Shown one piece after another: positions 39,310 through 56,100 of a DNA stretch of 64,000 bases. The stretch lies in the NCBI RefSeq assembly GCF_009914755.1, contig NC_060932.1; one strand, given 5' to 3'. Under the pieces are notes generated by a model. That model was not told where the DNA came from and did no database searches. It saw nothing but the letters and a program-made list of their open reading frames with translations. The stretch comes from the human T2T-CHM13v2.0 reference genome, Homo sapiens. Numbering within the stretch: the first letter of the stretch is position 1; every line of letters begins with the position of its first letter. Both the position numbers and the translations under genes were made by a program.

Positions 39310-40799
39310 GGCTGAAGAAAGAAAAAAGTTTGGCTTCATTTCCAGGAGGCAGAGAAAACTTCCGTCTGTGGCTCTCTAGCAGCAGTGGAATGTCTCTGTT
39401 TGGATAATAAGAGTCTTTCTGTACCTCCTTAGGGATATTCATAGATAGAGGTGTTCTATGCACGCAAAATTGCTTTTATGGGAAGACTGAGAATCCTTTT
39501 TTTTTATTGGACAGCCAGTTCATTAGAATGATGTGGGTGCACAGTTTTGGCCAGAAAACCTTGTTAAATGGGGACATAAGCTACATTTTGGCAAAAGATG
39601 AAAGTTTATGAACAAACAACCATTTATATTGTTACAGTAAATTAGACTGTGTTGAGAAACCAGTTGGTTTCATTAATGACCAGACATTTTGTTAGTGAAC
39701 ACTTCCCAGACTTTACTAGCCCTGCTAAGAATTAATCACCCCACTTGCTCCTGGTCTGAAACTCCAAAGTGCTTTGTTTATGTTACAGTACTTACTGCCT
39801 TGTATGTTAGATTAGTGAATGTATATTTGCCTCATCCACTACTGTATGAACTTCTTGCTTGCTAGGACAAGGCTATATTCCTCAGAACTGAGGAGGGAGT
39901 TGAATCATGTGGCTATTTATTCTCAAATCCTCTTCACCAAGTGGAACAAAACAACAGCGAAAGACCACCGCACGTGGAGGCAGGAGGTTTGGATTTGGGT
40001 TCTAGATCTCTAGATCTATTACTAACTGGAGGTATGGATATAGTCAGGAAAATTGTCTTCCTTAGGTGCTTCCTTGATAGCACCTATAAAGGTCGAGATC
40101 TATTGGATCTAGATCAGGGGATTCTCAATCATTACTATGCAGAAAATCAACTGGGAGAGTTACTTTGCAATACAGATGCTTAGTTCCATCTCATGATATT
40201 TTTATTTTTTTTTAAATTGGTCAAGTATTTTTCATTAAATAATGTAAACTTTCTTAGTCTACATCTAACAAAACTCCCACCAGCATACAAATACATTGAA
40301 TGATATTAGCAGCAGAATCTTTAAATAAAGTAACCATACACAACTATGAGGCCACCTTATTTTCATTGCTTATTATTTCATGCTATTTGTCACCATTGTC
40401 ATCATAATCAGCCTCATCCTACATTGTTGAACACCCATCATGGACCATATGGCATAAACATTTTTCCTACTCATAAAGGAGCATATGTTCTCTATATGTA
40501 TATAAAATTAATGTCTGAACAAAGTAGCTTAAACAAGGCAGAAGTTTGTTTCTCCCTCACTTAAATCTATAGTTCTACCTACCATGGCTAGTACAGATAC
40601 CTGCCAAATTCATTAGGGATGCAGGCCCCTTCCAGCACTCTGTTCTGCTATAGTGTAAAAGAGGCTCTAGTTTGGCTGCTAAATCCCCACCTATCATTTT
40701 TGAATTCCAGGCAGCAGGTAGGAAAAAAGCCAAGAGAAAAAAACAAGGGAACATCTACCCCTCCTTTTAAGTTTTTTAACCAACCCCCTCTTGTTTTAT

Positions 40800-42860
<2,061 letters not shown>

Positions 42861-43006
42861 CGACCTTGGGGAAAGAGAGTCTTGCTGCTTGCTTGTGGGA
42901 CTTGCCTTGGAAGGTAGATAAGTTCACTGCATCCTCCAACTTTTTATTTCTGGTGAGTTCTCCAAGCACTGAGATGTGAACTGACCTCATTCCCTTACAA
43001 TGGTAC

Positions 43007-43685
43007 TGTTACCAGTAGAAGAGATTCCAGTTTCTGGCAGCGTATCTGCATGGGTCCATAAGCAACTTCAGTCCTTGCCTCCTCAGAAGAAATAATTTGA
43101 CTGAAGGGCATACAGCAGAAAAAGAGACTGAGCGGTAAGTTTCAGAGCAGGAGTGGAAGTTTATTTAAAAAGGCTTTAGAACAGGAAGGAGAGGAAAATT
43201 CTCTTGGAAGAGACCCGAACAGATGCCTGAATGTCCAAGAAAGAAAAGAGAAGAGCCTTTAACCTTGATCCTGCCATGGGTTTTCCTCTTTCCCATGATT
43301 CTAACTTTAGGGAGCGTTTCCGGCTTGCACAGTGTTTTCCTTACCCTTTGAAATTGAGCATGCACGGTGTGTTTAGGGAGTTATATGCATGTCCATCTGA
43401 AGCTTTCTTTCCTTTTCCGGTGGAGTGTGCCCCCGGAAGATTATGCTTTGCCATTTTTGTCTCTTAACATGCATGCCCAAGAAGTTGCTTCTTCCTGAGG
43501 TCTGCATTTAACTAACATTTTTGATGTTAACAGGTGTAGACCATCAGGAAATGGCCTCTCTTTGGTGCTGCCTAATTATCATTTTTAGAGAGGCAATGTG
43601 ATAATTGACAGGCCATCACCTGACATTTCTAGTGGGTAGGGGAAGAGCCCTCTCCTGCCCTGCTCATGCTCTTCTACCTGTAACA
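43007..43685 (-). mobile_element. ERV1 solo LTR (MER51-like)
   Basis: tgttaccagtagaag...cttgcctcctcagaagaaa...ctacctgtaaca; subfamily uncertain. Confidence 0.7.
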
Positions 43686-44660
43686 AGACAAGCCTTGTAT
43701 ATCATTAGACATTTGTCCCATCAAGGCAGCATCTCATTATTACATTTTATTGTGTGAATTGTTACTTCACATTCTCATAATCTGTGTTCACTATTTGTGT
43801 GCCTTTTCCACTTTTATTTTGACCATATCTCATTATTTGAACTGCCTCCTCCAAGATTCTAGATCTGCATTGGCCAATATAGTAACTACTAGTCACATGT
43901 GACTATAAACTGTAAATTAATTATAATTAAATAACTAAATGACATATCCTTAGTAGTAATAGCCAAAGTCTTGGCCAAACTAGAAATTCTGTAACTACAT
44001 ATGTGTGGTAGTTACTGCATTGGACAATGCAGATATAGAGAATTTCTTTCATCACAGAAAATCGTGTTGGGCATGTTGGCTACCACTTATTTTTAAATTC
44101 TATTTGTGTGGTTTATAGTTAAATTATATTCTGCTTCTCTATATTCATTTCCTTTCACAGATTTTCTCAAGCAATTTTTAAATTTCATTCTTTTACCTTA
44201 TTGAGGTAAGTACTTAGATTATTTTTTTAAAATAATGCACAGCAAATAATTTTTCCATCGATATTGTTTTAGCTTTATTGTATTGGTACTTTTATGTACT
44301 ATATTCAGGTATTATTATTTTTCATAACTTACTTTTAAAATTGTGACAAGTTTATTTAAAATAGATTTCTCCCTTGATTTTCAGATGTTAGATTCTGTCT
44401 TCCATTGCTGTATTTTAATTTAATTTAATTTTATTGTATGTAAATATGTTGCATATTCCTTTTTTTTAAATGTGAGATATTTCCTCTCTCCTGTTACACA
44501 AACTTTGTATGCAGTGTTCATTATGCACTTTAAAAATAAATATTTTGTTTCAGGGCATGATGCTTTCACACATAAAACCTTAGAATAATTTTAAATTCCA
44601 TTCCACTTTCACCATTCCTGAACTGCTTTGAATATATTGGAGGTTGGAAGCCATGAGAGG

Positions 44661-44760
44661 CTTGCAATCCTGTCAAGATAATAGGATTTTCCATTTATAG
44701 TGTAATCTGACTTGCAATCCCGTCAAGATAATAGGATTTTCCATTTATAGTGTAATCTGA
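44661..44760. repeat. 50-bp tandem duplication
   Basis: cttgcaatcc(t/c)gtcaagataataggattttccatttatagtgtaatctga x2, one mismatch. Confidence 0.95.
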
Positions 44761-45227
44761 TATATATTCGTTCTGGTTTCATACTTTAAAAAAATCTATT
44801 CTCTTTTACTCTGTGGTGATCTTTGCTTTTCTATTTTTCCATTGCTAGAATGTGAGCTGCTGTTTCCCTAGCACCTCAGATGTCATTCAACATTGTATAG
44901 CACTGGTGTTGAGAATTGAGAGAATCTACTAAATAATAGCACTTTTCGAGACTGCAGTTCTGAATTAAAAGGAAGGGAAAGGACAGGCAAAACAATATAG
45001 ACATCAGCTATTTTTACTGAAGATCTGTTGGAGAACATGGTTTTGTTGTCCAGGAACTTGAGACCTAATACTGCATTCCTAATACTTCACTAACGTGTGT
45101 CTAAATAGCCGTGAAAGGGCTAAGAAGTCACAAGTTGGCCTCTTAATTTTTACGGGTGCCCTTAAAATATTAAGGTAATATTGAGGATGCAGAATGGCTC
45201 ATTCCTCATGACTTTTTAAGAGATCTG

Positions 45228-45525
45228 GGCCGGGCACGGTGGCTTACGCCTGTAATCCCAACACTTTGAGAGGCGGAGACTGGCGGATCACCTGAGGTCA
45301 GGAGTTCTAGACCAGCCCTACCAAAATGGAGAAACCCCGTCTCGACTAAAAATACAAAATTAGCCGAGCACGATGGCGCATGCTTGTCATCCTAGCTACT
45401 CAGGAGGCTGAGGCTGGAGAATTGCTTGAACCCAGGAGGTGGAGGTTGCGGTGAGCCGACATCGCGCCACTGCACTCCAGCCTGGGCAACAGGAGTGAAA
45501 CTCTACCAAAAAAAAAAAAAAAAAG
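45228..45525 (+). mobile_element. Alu (AluSp/Sq-type)
   Basis: Full dimer with A/GA tail. Confidence 0.95.
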
Positions 45526-47074
45526 AGAGAGAGAGAGACAACTGGAGGGAGATACTAAGCTGTGCAGGCTCTCATCTTGAAGTCACCAAATACATAAGTT
45601 GTTATTTCTGCTCTGGTGAAAAGTTTGTCAATACATTTTTTTTCCATGAATTAATGAAAATTTTAGACCTATAACATAAGTTTTTAAAAGTTTCTCCTAA
45701 AGATTGCTTGTGTATGTATGTGGTTTAAAATATATTTAATCTCTACATCTTGAAATCGTTTTGATAGATTCCACACAAGAGTCCTTTATGAAATAAGTAT
45801 GCTTTAACTTTCTTATAATATTTGTCCTTTTTTGTCCCTGGCACGGTCTGTATATGACCAGTTAAATTACTTTTAGTTCATGTTTGGGTTATAATTACAC
45901 ACAAATATTCTCTAAAGCCCAAATCTTATTTTGATATTCGAGGAAGAGTTTACATGGTAATAATATTAAGGGTTACAGCTGGTTACACTGAAGCTTTGTC
46001 GGCATTCTCTAATATCTTATTTTTTTTGAAGGAATATCTGTTCTGCTTAAATTGTAGGCTACATAATACATGTACTGTCAGGTACATTCATGGAAGGGAC
46101 AGGCAGATGGAGTCATATGTTACTGGAGTCTTGATGAACAGATGTAGAAAATAGTTCAAGGAATAAGAAAAAAGTTGATATTGAAAAGTGCTTGTTGAAG
46201 TCTGTAAATGTGCATTAAATGTGGCAGTAAAAATAGACACAATGATGTTTGGGAACTGGGGTCTAAATGCTGGAGTCCCCAGAATCATAGAGAACCTTGG
46301 TTAGGGGAGTAATTTTGTCAAAAAGCAAGAAGAGGCAGTGACAGGCAGAATATAATTAAAAGTATTGCTGGGCCATTTTCTAATTTTGTAATTTTGTCAT
46401 ATTATTCAAACCCTGTTGATCATTTATTAAATTGGTAAATAAATTATAATCAGCAGGATTATTATGAGGGTTAAATAAGGAAATATATGTACATCTGTAA
46501 GCACAATGTCACAATTAATACAAAGTTACCCTTTTTATTTTTCCTGGACTTCATGTACAAATGGGTCAGTAAATTTTTTGTTTATGACACATAATTATCA
46601 CTTGCACATAAAATATATTTAATTATTTTTATATTTTTAGCAAGGAAATAATACATGCATGTTTCCCCCTGTCTCAAACACATACACTCATATAAACATA
46701 TGCACCTATATACCTACATATCTATGTACGAATATATACATGGACATGGGTATTTCTCAGCAAATATGTATCATGATAATCACAGATATTGCAGCTAACA
46801 AAGACTAATATAAACCATGATTGCAAGAATTTTAGATACCACGTTAGTGAAACATCAGATTGAGCTGCTAAATTTCTCCCACCCCTATGTCATTTTGTAT
46901 TTTCTGAGCATCCTAGACGATTGTGATTGTATACACAGGACAGAAACACCATGACTCAGGGTACTCCTGCTAATTTCCGATGCAGGAGATTTTAAGGGCT
47001 AGATTAGCAGGATGGGAGTGTTGACCCTCTAAGTGAAATAAATCCCTCAATTCATTATCCCCATCCTAAAACAG

Positions 47075-47372
47075 ATTTTTTTTTTTTTTGAGACAGAGTC
47101 TCACTCTGTCGCCATCGCTGGAGTGCAGTGGTGGGATCTCAGCTCACTGTAATCTCTGCCTCCTGGGTTCAAGAGATTCTCCTGCTTCAGCTTCCTGAGT
47201 AGCTGGGATTACAGGCAAGCACCACCATACCCAGTTAATTTTTGTATTTTTAGTAAAGATGGGGTTTCACCATGTTGGCCAGGCTAGTCTCGAACCCTTG
47301 ACCTCAGGTGATCCACCTGCCTTGGCCTCCCAAAGTGCTGGGATTACAGGCGTGAGCCACCGCACTCGACCC
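47075..47372 (-). mobile_element. Alu (AluSx-type)
   Basis: Antisense dimer; TSD cctaaaacagatt. Confidence 0.95.
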
Positions 47373-47963
47373 TAAAACAGATTCTTACTTGATTATTTCC
47401 ACGTTCCAAGGGGAAATACAAAAGTCAGAGTTGAGTGAAAATAAAAGTGGAGTAAGGCTTCAGAAGGCTGTGGTGGGTGTTGGAGAAACGTTGCTAGGGC
47501 ATAAAGCTAGGATAATAAAATCTGAGAAATCCCAGTGTTTATCTATAGGTGGAAATCATATTCCACATGTGGATGGAGTCAGGGATCCCTGTGTTTTAAA
47601 ATCAGTGAGGGAATTGAATATCTGGACTTGTGCCAATTAACATACAAAACTCCGTGCTTTTGATGTTCTCATTCACAAGATATCTGTGTTCCTTGTTTAT
47701 TAGCAACCATAGTCATAGGCTTCCTAATTTTGACCACGGGAAAAGAGGAGAGGCCTCTGCGTGTTTGTGTCTGTTGGTTAGGCTGTGGTGCAGCTGGTGT
47801 CACACTTCAGTGAAAGTCTGGCTTTTCATCACAGGTTGATCTGAAAATTGTGCACAAGACTGGTGTCTCACATGTTCTTTCTCCAACCTCAGCTTTTCTT
47901 AGTGCCTAAAGTGTCTGCAAGTGGAAATCCAGAGGAAGACAGAGAGAAACTGAGTTCCTGACA

Positions 47964-47975
47964 ATGCATTCACTA
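47964..47975 (+). CDS. ZNF705B: ZNF705 KRAB zinc-finger protein, start exon (MHSL)
   Basis: ATG CAT TCA CTA|gtgagt; probable acceptor at 47892. Confidence 0.8.
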
Positions 47976-49669
47976 GTGAGTAGGGGATGCCTCTTTCTAC
48001 TGAAATTATACCCATATTGCTGGCAAATGGGCAGTTTTCTCCAATTTGCATGGGTGTTTCATTTTTATTCTTTTTTTGTTTGTTTTTATGATGTAAAATC
48101 CACCCAGCCTGGGTGTTCCAAATGCAGTCAGGAGGCTTTCAGGTATCTGGCCTCCAATTAAGTTTTCTCAGGACTCTAGGTTGGGTATCGTGTGTCAAAG
48201 ACTCCTAAATTATCAATATAATTTCTAATATTACACTACTTTATTCCAGCCCTTATTAAGACTATTTACAAAAAAAGATATGAGAGGTTTCATTTATATA
48301 TTTCTTTTTCTTCTATCCATCCTATAATCTCATAGGGAAATAATTGACCCATTAACTGTACTGTTGGCTGAAATAGACTTAGGATTGTGATGAATGTAGA
48401 TGACAGAGATGAGTGAAGAGCAGAACATCACAGCCCAACAATGAGTCTGATGTTCTAGCAGCTGAGTTCAATAAATCCAGTGTGATAGGACTTGGGCAAG
48501 AGCTGTGCAGTGTTGAGGGAAAAGAAGAGTTTTATAAAATATATTTGAGCTTTTAAAAACTTTGTGAAAGGACAACTAAAGAAGTCATTACTATTCTTAT
48601 CCCCATTTATTTTACCTTTTGGTAATTAACTTTTTTGCCTTCTGGTAAGTGAAAGTAACATATAGGAAATATAATTATTTAATTATGGTTGCACACTCAG
48701 AAGAAGGAATATAGTAGATAGAGTACAATTTAGGGTTCTGTGGAAATGCTTTATAAGGGCTGGTTACAAAAAAAAAACAATGAAGAGGCTTTCTTAATCT
48801 TTGAACAAGTGAAGTGAGAAGGTCAATTTAAAAGAGAAACAATGATAACTGATGTTTGGACTGCCGAGAGAAAGTTGAGAACAGGAGGCTTCATATCACA
48901 GGAATCATCGGACTAAGATTTCCTCAGTATAGCAGCCTCAGCAGTCTTGTCTTGTGCTGCTAGACTGTCTTCAAGCCTTTTCATGAACACCTGAATTATA
49001 TAACATTAGAGAGACTATATGTATGAATTGAATCCTATATTCTGCATAAAGCGTTCAGTTCTGAAGAATGCTGGAGTCTGGTTCATTACTTTCTAACTTT
49101 TGAATGAATAAGGGACCAATGACTTATATTTAATAAATATTTGCTAGGTAGGAAACACATTTTCTATTAGTTCATTAGATTATTCAAAACACATCATTGG
49201 TCTTTTAACCATTTGATTGGGGAGAAACCTGTCTTTCATCTAGAGAAATAATTTATTTCATCGCAGTCATGTTTAAAAAGTAGTAAATCATGGTTATTTG
49301 CCTTGTGACAAATCTGTAATTTACTTGAAATTCATGGTAAATTTCATTTTATTTATGAATGTTCAAGTGAAAATTTTATAAGCAGTTATGTAGAGGTGAT
49401 TAACACATTACTGAAAAATATCTGTGTTATATTATGCCACACCTCATGCAATATTTCTTTATAGTAAAGTTTAATGGATTCAGAGTGGGTATATCTCTGT
49501 GAGTGAATCTGAAAGGCAGATACCAGCTTAGTACTGAGAATGAACTGGCTGGAACCAAAAACACTGAGTATTCTGCATACCCAGCTCCTAGCTATATCAT
49601 CTCAGCCTTCCTCTTCCGGACATTGAAAGGGATTTCTCTGTCTAAACTAAAATGTCTGTGATGTTTTAG

Positions 49670-49825
<156 letters not shown>

Positions 49826-50521
49826 TAGACACACATTCGCTCATTCATTCAATAAGTGTTAGAACAGCTTCCCCATATCTCACTCTAATCTCTTCTCTGA
49901 TTCTCTCAGAGATCTCATCTGAAAAAAGTTTGAACTCTCTAAATCTATCTTAAATAAATATCTTTCTTTTTATTTTATTTTATTTAGTTTGTCACTCAAT
50001 TAGAATGTAATCTTGACAAGTATTTCATGGTGTCTTTGGTACTCAGTCTCTAATACTCATAACAGACCTGGGAACATAATGAATATTTTCAATGTATTAA
50101 ATTAAATACTCTCTAAATAACTCTTCTGCTTTAGTCTATGCTTAGGCTGAGACCAATTAGTGAAAACAATAGCAATATCTTTTCCATATAGAACACCAAT
50201 TATTTTTGTAAATCGAATGTTTTTTTTTGTTCTGCGTGAGAATAATAATAAACACAATGTGCAGAGATTTAATTACTCTCTTTCTGAAAAGATTGTGTAT
50301 TATGCATTGTGTCTTGGAACTTAGGCATGGACTCAGCATTCATAGGTCCTGACTGTTTTGAATTTCCTTTTCCTGATGGCCCTTTGGTTTGGATTTATTT
50401 TCTAGTCTCAAGTTGGGTCAGAAAAATCCTGGGGAGTTTTCTGTGTTCTAGGTCTTGTGGCCTGAGCTGACCTTCACTGTTTTTATTCTTCCTTGATAGC
50501 CTGCCTTACACTTGGTGATAA

Positions 50522-50692
<171 letters not shown>

Positions 50693-51024
50693 TAATAGGA
50701 GGAGGTGCTTTCTCAATGAATAATATCAGTTGAATATTAATTAGTGGTTTTATTAAATGAGTGATAATTTCTAAAATGTAGGTTAGGCTACTGGAGCAGA
50801 ATTCCTTAGATGTTATTATCATTTTGTTCATGTGTCAGATGTTACTCTTGTGTCCTCTTTTTTTTCTTTTCTTTTACTTTTGGGAAAAAGACAATTCATG
50901 TACTTGGCTGGGGTTAAACTTTCATATGCTGACCCTTTCCCTGATACCCCTGTGAAGACTATCCCTCTATTTACTTGCCTGATATCTCATCTCCATTTTA
51001 ACTCTTTTCACATTTTAATTTTAA

Positions 51025-51324
<300 letters not shown>

Positions 51325-51619
51325 TAAAGATATGGTAATGGGTTAAGTTAATAATGAAGCACAATCACCTGAGTGTAATTAGGCTGGCATTAAGTGCTTT
51401 CTAAGCAAAGAAAAAAACTGGAGACTTTGAATTTAGTGAATACATTGACCTCTGTTCTAAATCATAACATGAGATCTCTAAAATAGAGCAAGTGCATATA
51501 CATTGCTCATGCCCAGACATTGAAAGATATTGATATCATCACAATTATGCAATAACTCTGCAGTTGAGATCTTACAGAAGAGAACATACCTGTGTCTTCA
51601 GGAGATAATGTGTATGCAA

Positions 51620-52218
51620 ATGTCAATCGAGAAAAATGACAAGACAAGTCTCAATCATTTTAGGAGATTTATTTGCCAAAGTTAAGGACATGCACCCAGG
51701 GGACAGGTGTATGCCTTTCTCCAAAGATGATTTTGAAGGCTCCAAATTCAAAGGGGAAAGGCTGGGATATTGAGAAGTACACAATTTTCATGTAAAAGGT
51801 GGGTAGAAAAAATAGTCATTCATGCATTTTTCTGGCTCAGTGAATCTGGATTTTTTTACATAACATGACATAAACAAATGAGGCAGAGGAATAATGCAGG
51901 AAAGCTGCATTTTACATAAGACAACATAGGCAAAATGGGGGCAGGGAAACAATCAGATATGCATTTGTGTCTGGTGAACTTGGGATGACTGCACCTGTAA
52001 AGACAAGTTATCAGTTTGCATTGCCATGGTGTAATTTTAACAGCTCATGAGGAATTTCCTTGTGGGCAAAATATGGGGGAGGCATGTAGCTTTTCATCTT
52101 GTAGTCATATTATTTAGGAACCAGAAGGGGGAGGCAGGTTTGTGTGACCCAGTTCCCAGCTTGATTTTTCCCTTTGGTTAAATGAGTTTGGGGTCCCCAA
52201 ATTTAATTTCCTTTCACA
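51620..52218 (-). mobile_element. MER4A-family ERV1 solo LTR (intronic)
   Basis: tgtcaatcgagaaaaatgac...tttatttgccaaagttaaggac...ttcctttcaca. Confidence 0.7.
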
Positions 52219-52323
52219 CAAGAAACATTGGAAAGATTTCAACTGGGGTCTACCACTGAATGGTTGGTCTAGGATTCAAAGGTAGTGAAATGAATGTATA
52301 GATATATGTGGGTAAACCATTAA

Positions 52324-53079
<756 letters not shown>

Positions 53080-55479
53080 TGACACAGTGTTAGGAATGAC
53101 GAAGGTAAGGAATGTGGAAGAGACTTCAGCTGTAGTTGTAGCATCTAAACATGCCAAAGGACTCACATTTTGAAGAATTACTGTAATCAACATGGAAGAT
53201 ACTTCAGTTGCCTTTATTCTTCAGCCCACATCAATAAATTCATATGGAAGAGAAATTGTATGACATGTATGTACCAAAGACTTGTTAGTGATCTGAGCAT
53301 AAATGACATGAGAGAGCTGAAACTGTCAGCATAATCAACTAAAAGTCTTCAGCAACAGCTTTAACTTAAAACATGTGGGACTTTCAGGTAGAGAATCTCT
53401 AACTCTGCATTCAGTGTGAAAATGTTTTTATTTGCAATTTATTGTCAAATAACATGAGAAAACTTTACTTGGATGAACCCTTTATTTGTATTTTTCTGTG
53501 AATGAACATTCAGCCAAGCACCAGGCTTGATGTTCACAAGAGAAGAGTGACAAAATGCTGCTAAAATGGAAAATAAGAGAGGAAAGCCTTCATAAGCTAA
53601 ATAACAAGGGAAAGTCTTTCCAAGGGCAATGAATTCTCTTGGAATACCAAATACTTCTTACTGGAGAAGTTATGCAATGAAAAATCATGAGAAATCCTTT
53701 CTTCATAGAGCAACACATGTGGCACATGTGAGATTTCACACTGGACAAAACAGGGTTAGCATCTTGAAAGAAGAAAATTCTTTAGTGGTAATTCATTTCT
53801 TAGTTGACATTAAGTTTCTCACGTTGAGGAGCTATCAAACTTGAAAATCACTGTGGAGAAACCTGATAGATTTCTCATCAGAAAAGTGAGTCAAGAAGGT
53901 GGACCTCTAGAAAAAACTCTTAACACATACTTTAGCAAAATAATTCAGAAATTTGAGAAAATATCTATTCATAAAAATGTGGCATGTAAATGCATAATAG
54001 CAAAGTGACCAAGGAATAAATTGAATGCAGAATTATATAAGAAATCTCATTAAACTTTTCCAAAAGAGCAATACTTACAAATATTGAAAGAATACAATCT
54101 GTTGTTGAAAAAACTTAGTATGTTGGTGAAGCCCTTGTTTCATTTATGCAGCCCTAACAAACTGATTTGCATCTGAACTCCTTGGGTGAGATTCTTGGTG
54201 GAGATTCTACCCCAACTTCTGAGTCTCCCCAGTCTTCAACAGCTCTTTCCTCACAGCTCACCTCCCTTTACTTCAACGTCCACCAAAACCACTTGTTTCC
54301 ATCCAACCCTCGAGTTGACACACCAGGGATCTTCAGCCCCACTTGCTAGATTTCTCAGTTTGTCATTGCATAGATTTAGCAGGGAAATGGAGGCTGTATC
54401 AAAGACCCCTAGTATATGCATTTGGGTGTCCCCAGCTCTTGCCTCTGTCTCTGAGCAGTTACCTGGGATCAGAGAATAAGGCAGCTCTTCTCTTCTATCC
54501 CTCAGAAGGCTCTTGAAATTTTGTCCCTGGAGCCTCTCTAACTGGAAGTAGCAGTTCATCTCATGACACCCCACATTTTATTCAGGTGAGTCCTGAGTTA
54601 TTACACAGAGACAGACACAGCTGTGCTCCTTTTACTGCAGTCCAGAAGATAAAACACCAGCATGATAAAACAGCCGAACCTGTCAGCCACCTTGCAAGCC
54701 TTTTCTATATTTGATTCAATGTACTTTTCCCGAAGCAAAATGAAAGTTCTCACAGAGGGGCCCTCCTCTGCCTTGTCCTCAGAATTGGAAAATGTATTGT
54801 CCGTGAAGGAGCCTCACCACTGAACCTAAAACTCAAGAGAAAATGTTTCCTGAATATCAAGTGGGATGACTTGAAATTTTGTCAAACAGGCAGAATCTTA
54901 ATACGATCGGCCTTACTAAGGCTAAATGGCCTTATCCATGGTTGAAATTGACACATCATCATATTAAAAAATCTCCACGAGTGATTGATTTTACTCTGCA
55001 GCCAGGGTTTATGTCAAGTGTGAGGATAATGAGCAAGAAATTCAAGCCCTTGGCAAACTGGTTGGAGAGGCAAGGACTGTGTCCAGGCAGAGCTCATATC
55101 ATTATTTATTGTTTAATCTATTTAATTAAATATGTAATTTACCCACAAACTGTGGCTGACATTATATGTACTCCTGAGCCACATTAAGATGTACTATTTG
55201 TGCTGTGAAATTCTATGGGATTTGACAAATGCATGGTGGCAGATCTCCAGCCATTATTAAAGCGTAACACAGAATGCTTCTCTTATTCAAGCTCGTCTTC
55301 CCTCCACATAGAGGGAATCAATCGACTTTTGTATACTGATTTTTGAATTTGCTTCTTTATTTCCATCTTCTTTAATTAAAGCACAAGATATCGTACTCAA
55401 TTTCCATTTGATCTTCCAAAAGAAAGTACTGAATAATCCACACCTGAATTTCAGTGATTCAGACTCAGGTCCACCGCTA

Positions 55480-56100
55480 AGACCAAACGTCCTGTGCTGC
55501 CACCTCATGGCCGGCAGAGGGCAATGAAACCCACCTTTCCGGCCATGCAGGGCGCATGCGCGGTCTGCCTCCCGCGGCGGGCCGGGTCTCCAGGGAGGAC
55601 CTGAGTTTTCTTCACCCATTGTCAGGAAGGCGCCATCGCCCTGGCTTTGGGGCTGGGGCCTCCGGGGAGGTTCCGGTAGGGGCGTTGGAGAGGCCGCTCT
55701 TTTTGCAAGGCCCGAGACGGCGGGCCCTGCGCAGGCCGCCCTATTCCGCGCCCTCAGGGCGTCAGTATCAGCCTGAGGCTGGATACCCCCGCTGGGCCCG
55801 GATGCCCCCGCTGGGCCCGGAGCATCCTCCGGCGCTGCCCTCCCAGAGCCACGCAGAGGCTGAGGTGGCGCGGGGGCGGCCCCGGCTCCGCGAGAAGCGG
55901 CGGCAGCGAGGGCTGGAGGACCCGGGCTGCGGGGCTCCGGGGCGTCTGGCCTGGGTGGGACTGAGCCCATCCAGGGACTGGGACTCTGGGATTCTGGTGT
56001 AGGTGGATCCGGGGCAGGCTCAGGACCAAGTCCCTCTCCTTCCACCAAGGAGCGCCCAGAGGCCGGCGGGAGCTCCAGGTTCACCTCCTCCTCCTCCAGG
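55480..56100 (+). promoter_or_regulatory. CpG island, probable FAM66-family lncRNA promoter/first exon
   Basis: Very high GC and CpG density; NRF1-like GCGCATGCGC at 55552-55561. The FAM66 assignment comes only from recalled ZNF705-FAM66 gene order. Confidence 0.65.

Noticed and set aside
55287-56084. 265-aa Pro/Ala/Gly-rich ORF on - and 148-aa ORF on +
   Set aside because: Stop-poor by-product of the CpG island; no recognisable domain.
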